A stretch of DNA of 33,973 bases from Saprospiraceae bacterium (lineage in GTDB: Bacteria > Bacteroidota > Bacteroidia > Chitinophagales > Saprospiraceae): contig JAJDFU010000095.1 of NCBI GenBank assembly GCA_020528935.1, positions 1 to 33,973 of the forward strand. The letters run 5' to 3'. Below are positions 32,722 to 33,973 of the stretch, piece after piece. The notes beneath the pieces were generated by a model. It was given only the letters and a program-made list of their open reading frames with translations. It searched no databases and was not told where the DNA came from. The translations under genes and the position numbers were made by a program. Position 1 is the first letter of the stretch. Each line of letters opens with the position of its first letter.

Positions 32722-33973
32722 CTACTTTCTTCGGCGTTTCCGCTTTTTGCCGGGGGCCTTCTTTTCGGTGCGCCGGGCTTTGGGCTGGGTTGCGGCTTTC
32801 CGCGGCTTTGGCTTTTCCTCGGCCGGGGGCGTTTCTCGCGCCTTTTTGCGCACATGCAGCACGATGTAGGTGCCCAGGGCCAGGAGCAAGAGGGAAGATG
32901 AGATCCAAGACAGGGTGCGCCCCAGCACAAAACTTCTGGGAGCAAACACAAATTCGTGCTCGTGCTGCCCGGCCGGCACCCGCATAGCCCGCAGGATGTA
33001 ATTGACTCGGATGTGATCCACCGGCTCGCCATCCAGATAGGCCTGCCAGCCTTTGCCGGGGCCGTACCAGATCTCCGAAAAGACGGCCAGCTGCTCGCTG
33101 CTGCTGTTGCTTTGGTATTTCAGGTGATTGGGCGCATATTCCGTCAGTTCGATCTTGCCATTGGGCCGGGGATCGAAGCCCTGTACGTATTCGCCAAACT
33201 CCGGGGTCCGCACCACAGCCGTCCGGGCCGGATCGATCTCGTTCAGCGCATTGATCTCTTCGTTGGGGGTTTGTACGGGGCGAATGTCGTCCACAAACCA
33301 GGCATTGCCCAGGGCATCCGGATTGGCCTGCACCTGTTCCTGGCCCGGCTGTCCGCTGATGATGTAGCGGGTATTCAGCATGTTGAGCACCCGTTGGTTG
33401 TTCCGGGAGATATGCCGGTCGATGATGTCCTGGTAGCGCTGGAGTTTGGCCGCGTGGTAGCCGCCGATGGTCTTGTGGTAAAAGGAGGCCTGGGCCGAGT
33501 TGAAGGTGTTGATCGAAAGGTCGAGCACCCGGTAATTGGGGGTTTTGTCCCGGAGGATCTGCTCGTCCACGGGCCGCATGGGGAAGGGCCGCTCCACTTG
33601 CCTTTTCGCCGTGAAGTTCTCCTCGGTCAGATAGCGGCGCCCCACCGTGAAGACGTCGAAAAGGAGAAGGATACCCAACCCGCCCAGGAGGATGGCCCGG
33701 CCGGCCTTTTGCTGGATAAACGCCCAGATCAGGGCGCTGCCGAGCAGCACCAGCGCCAGGGCCCGCAGGGCATCGCGCCGCATCATGGCCTGGCGGTCTT
33801 CCAGGATAGCCCCGGCGTCAAATCCGGCCTGCACGTAGCGGGCGTCGCCGGGATTGCTGAACTCGAACAGGGAGGGGCCAATGAGCCAGAAAACCGCCGC
33901 GATGGCGGCCAGGGTGCCTCCGGCAATGTAGAGGGCCCGCAGCGCTTCCTTGTGCGATGCCTTGCCGCTGGCA
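32722..33973 (-). CDS. YfhO-like membrane protein (GT-C type), 3' portion; the gene continues beyond the window end
   Basis: The frame stays open to base 33973, upstream of the GTG at 33834 used by the track. Motifs GGYHAAKLQRYQDII, LNMLNTRYII and LGNAWFV match the C-terminal half of Bacteroidota YfhO-family proteins. There is a terminal TM helix followed by a 42-aa K/R-rich tail. Confidence 0.65.
   Translation of the reverse strand, partial: ASGKASHKEALRALYIAGGTLAAIAAVFWLIGPSLFEFSNPGDARYVQAGFDAGAILEDRQAMMRRDALRALALVLLGSALIWAFIQQKAGRAILLGGLGILLLFDVFTVGRRYLTEENFTAKRQVERPFPMRPVDEQILRDKTPNYRVLDLSINTFNSAQASFYHKTIGGYHAAKLQRYQDIIDRHISRNNQRVLNMLNTRYIISGQPGQEQVQANPDALGNAWFVDDIRPVQTPNEEINALNEIDPARTAVVRTPEFGEYVQGFDPRPNGKIELTEYAPNHLKYQSNSSSEQLAVFSEIWYGPGKGWQAYLDGEPVDHIRVNYILRAMRVPAGQHEHEFVFAPRSFVLGRTLSWISSSLLLLALGTYIVLHVRKKARETPPAEEKPKPRKAATQPKARRTEKKAPGKKRKRRRK

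Noticed and set aside
1-33973. CRISPR arrays, tRNA or rRNA genes, IS elements, integrases and defence-system genes.
   Set aside because: Reading the intergenic regions and ORF translations showed no spaced direct repeats, no tRNA-like cloverleaf candidates, and no transposase, integrase, nuclease or helicase-type proteins.

Overview
The window is a chromosomal segment from a high-GC member of Bacteroidota. The phylum call rests on a T9SS C-terminal sorting domain, a CarboxypepD_reg/STN TonB-dependent receptor paired with a DUF4249 lipoprotein, and TAnnTTTG-type -7 boxes. All calls come from reading the ORF translations and the DNA by eye; no searches were run.

Bases 1-18.6 kb are mostly housekeeping:
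- ftsZ with a strong intrinsic terminator
- an LptF/LptG-family permease, a PAP2 phosphatase and a GNAT, all translationally coupled
- an alanine/glycine:cation symporter interrupted by one in-frame TGA at a conserved glycine
- an ECF sigma / FecR / STN-TonB receptor / DUF4249 cell-surface signalling unit
- a Crp/Fnr regulator, an RsmB/F-type RNA m5C methyltransferase, a DUF547 protein, a T9SS-secreted M28 peptidase and a secreted hypothetical protein

Bases 18.6-34 kb are a surface-glycan locus:
- a MOP/Wzx flippase divergent from a pseudaminic-acid operon (pseB, pseC, an embedded SAM methyltransferase, an SpsF-type cytidylyltransferase, pseG, pseI); no pseH N-acetyltransferase is present
- a three-gene operon running head-on into the end of pseI: phosphosulfolactate synthase (ComA), a histidine phosphatase and an ATP-grasp ligase
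- a Capsule_synth (KpsS/KpsC)-like putative transferase with an N-terminal Cys cluster, a GT4 glycosyltransferase, a second methyltransferase, and the 3' part of a YfhO-like GT-C protein with a polybasic tail

The most interesting hypothesis is that the ComA/phosphatase/ATP-grasp module makes sulfolactate and amide-links it to the pseudaminic-acid pathway amine that PseH would normally acetylate. That would give a sulfonated nonulosonic acid. This is inference and needs experimental or comparative confirmation.

I saw no CRISPR arrays, rRNA or tRNA genes, or recognisable mobile elements. Many long ORFs in the track are antisense or alternate-frame shadows typical of high-GC DNA.
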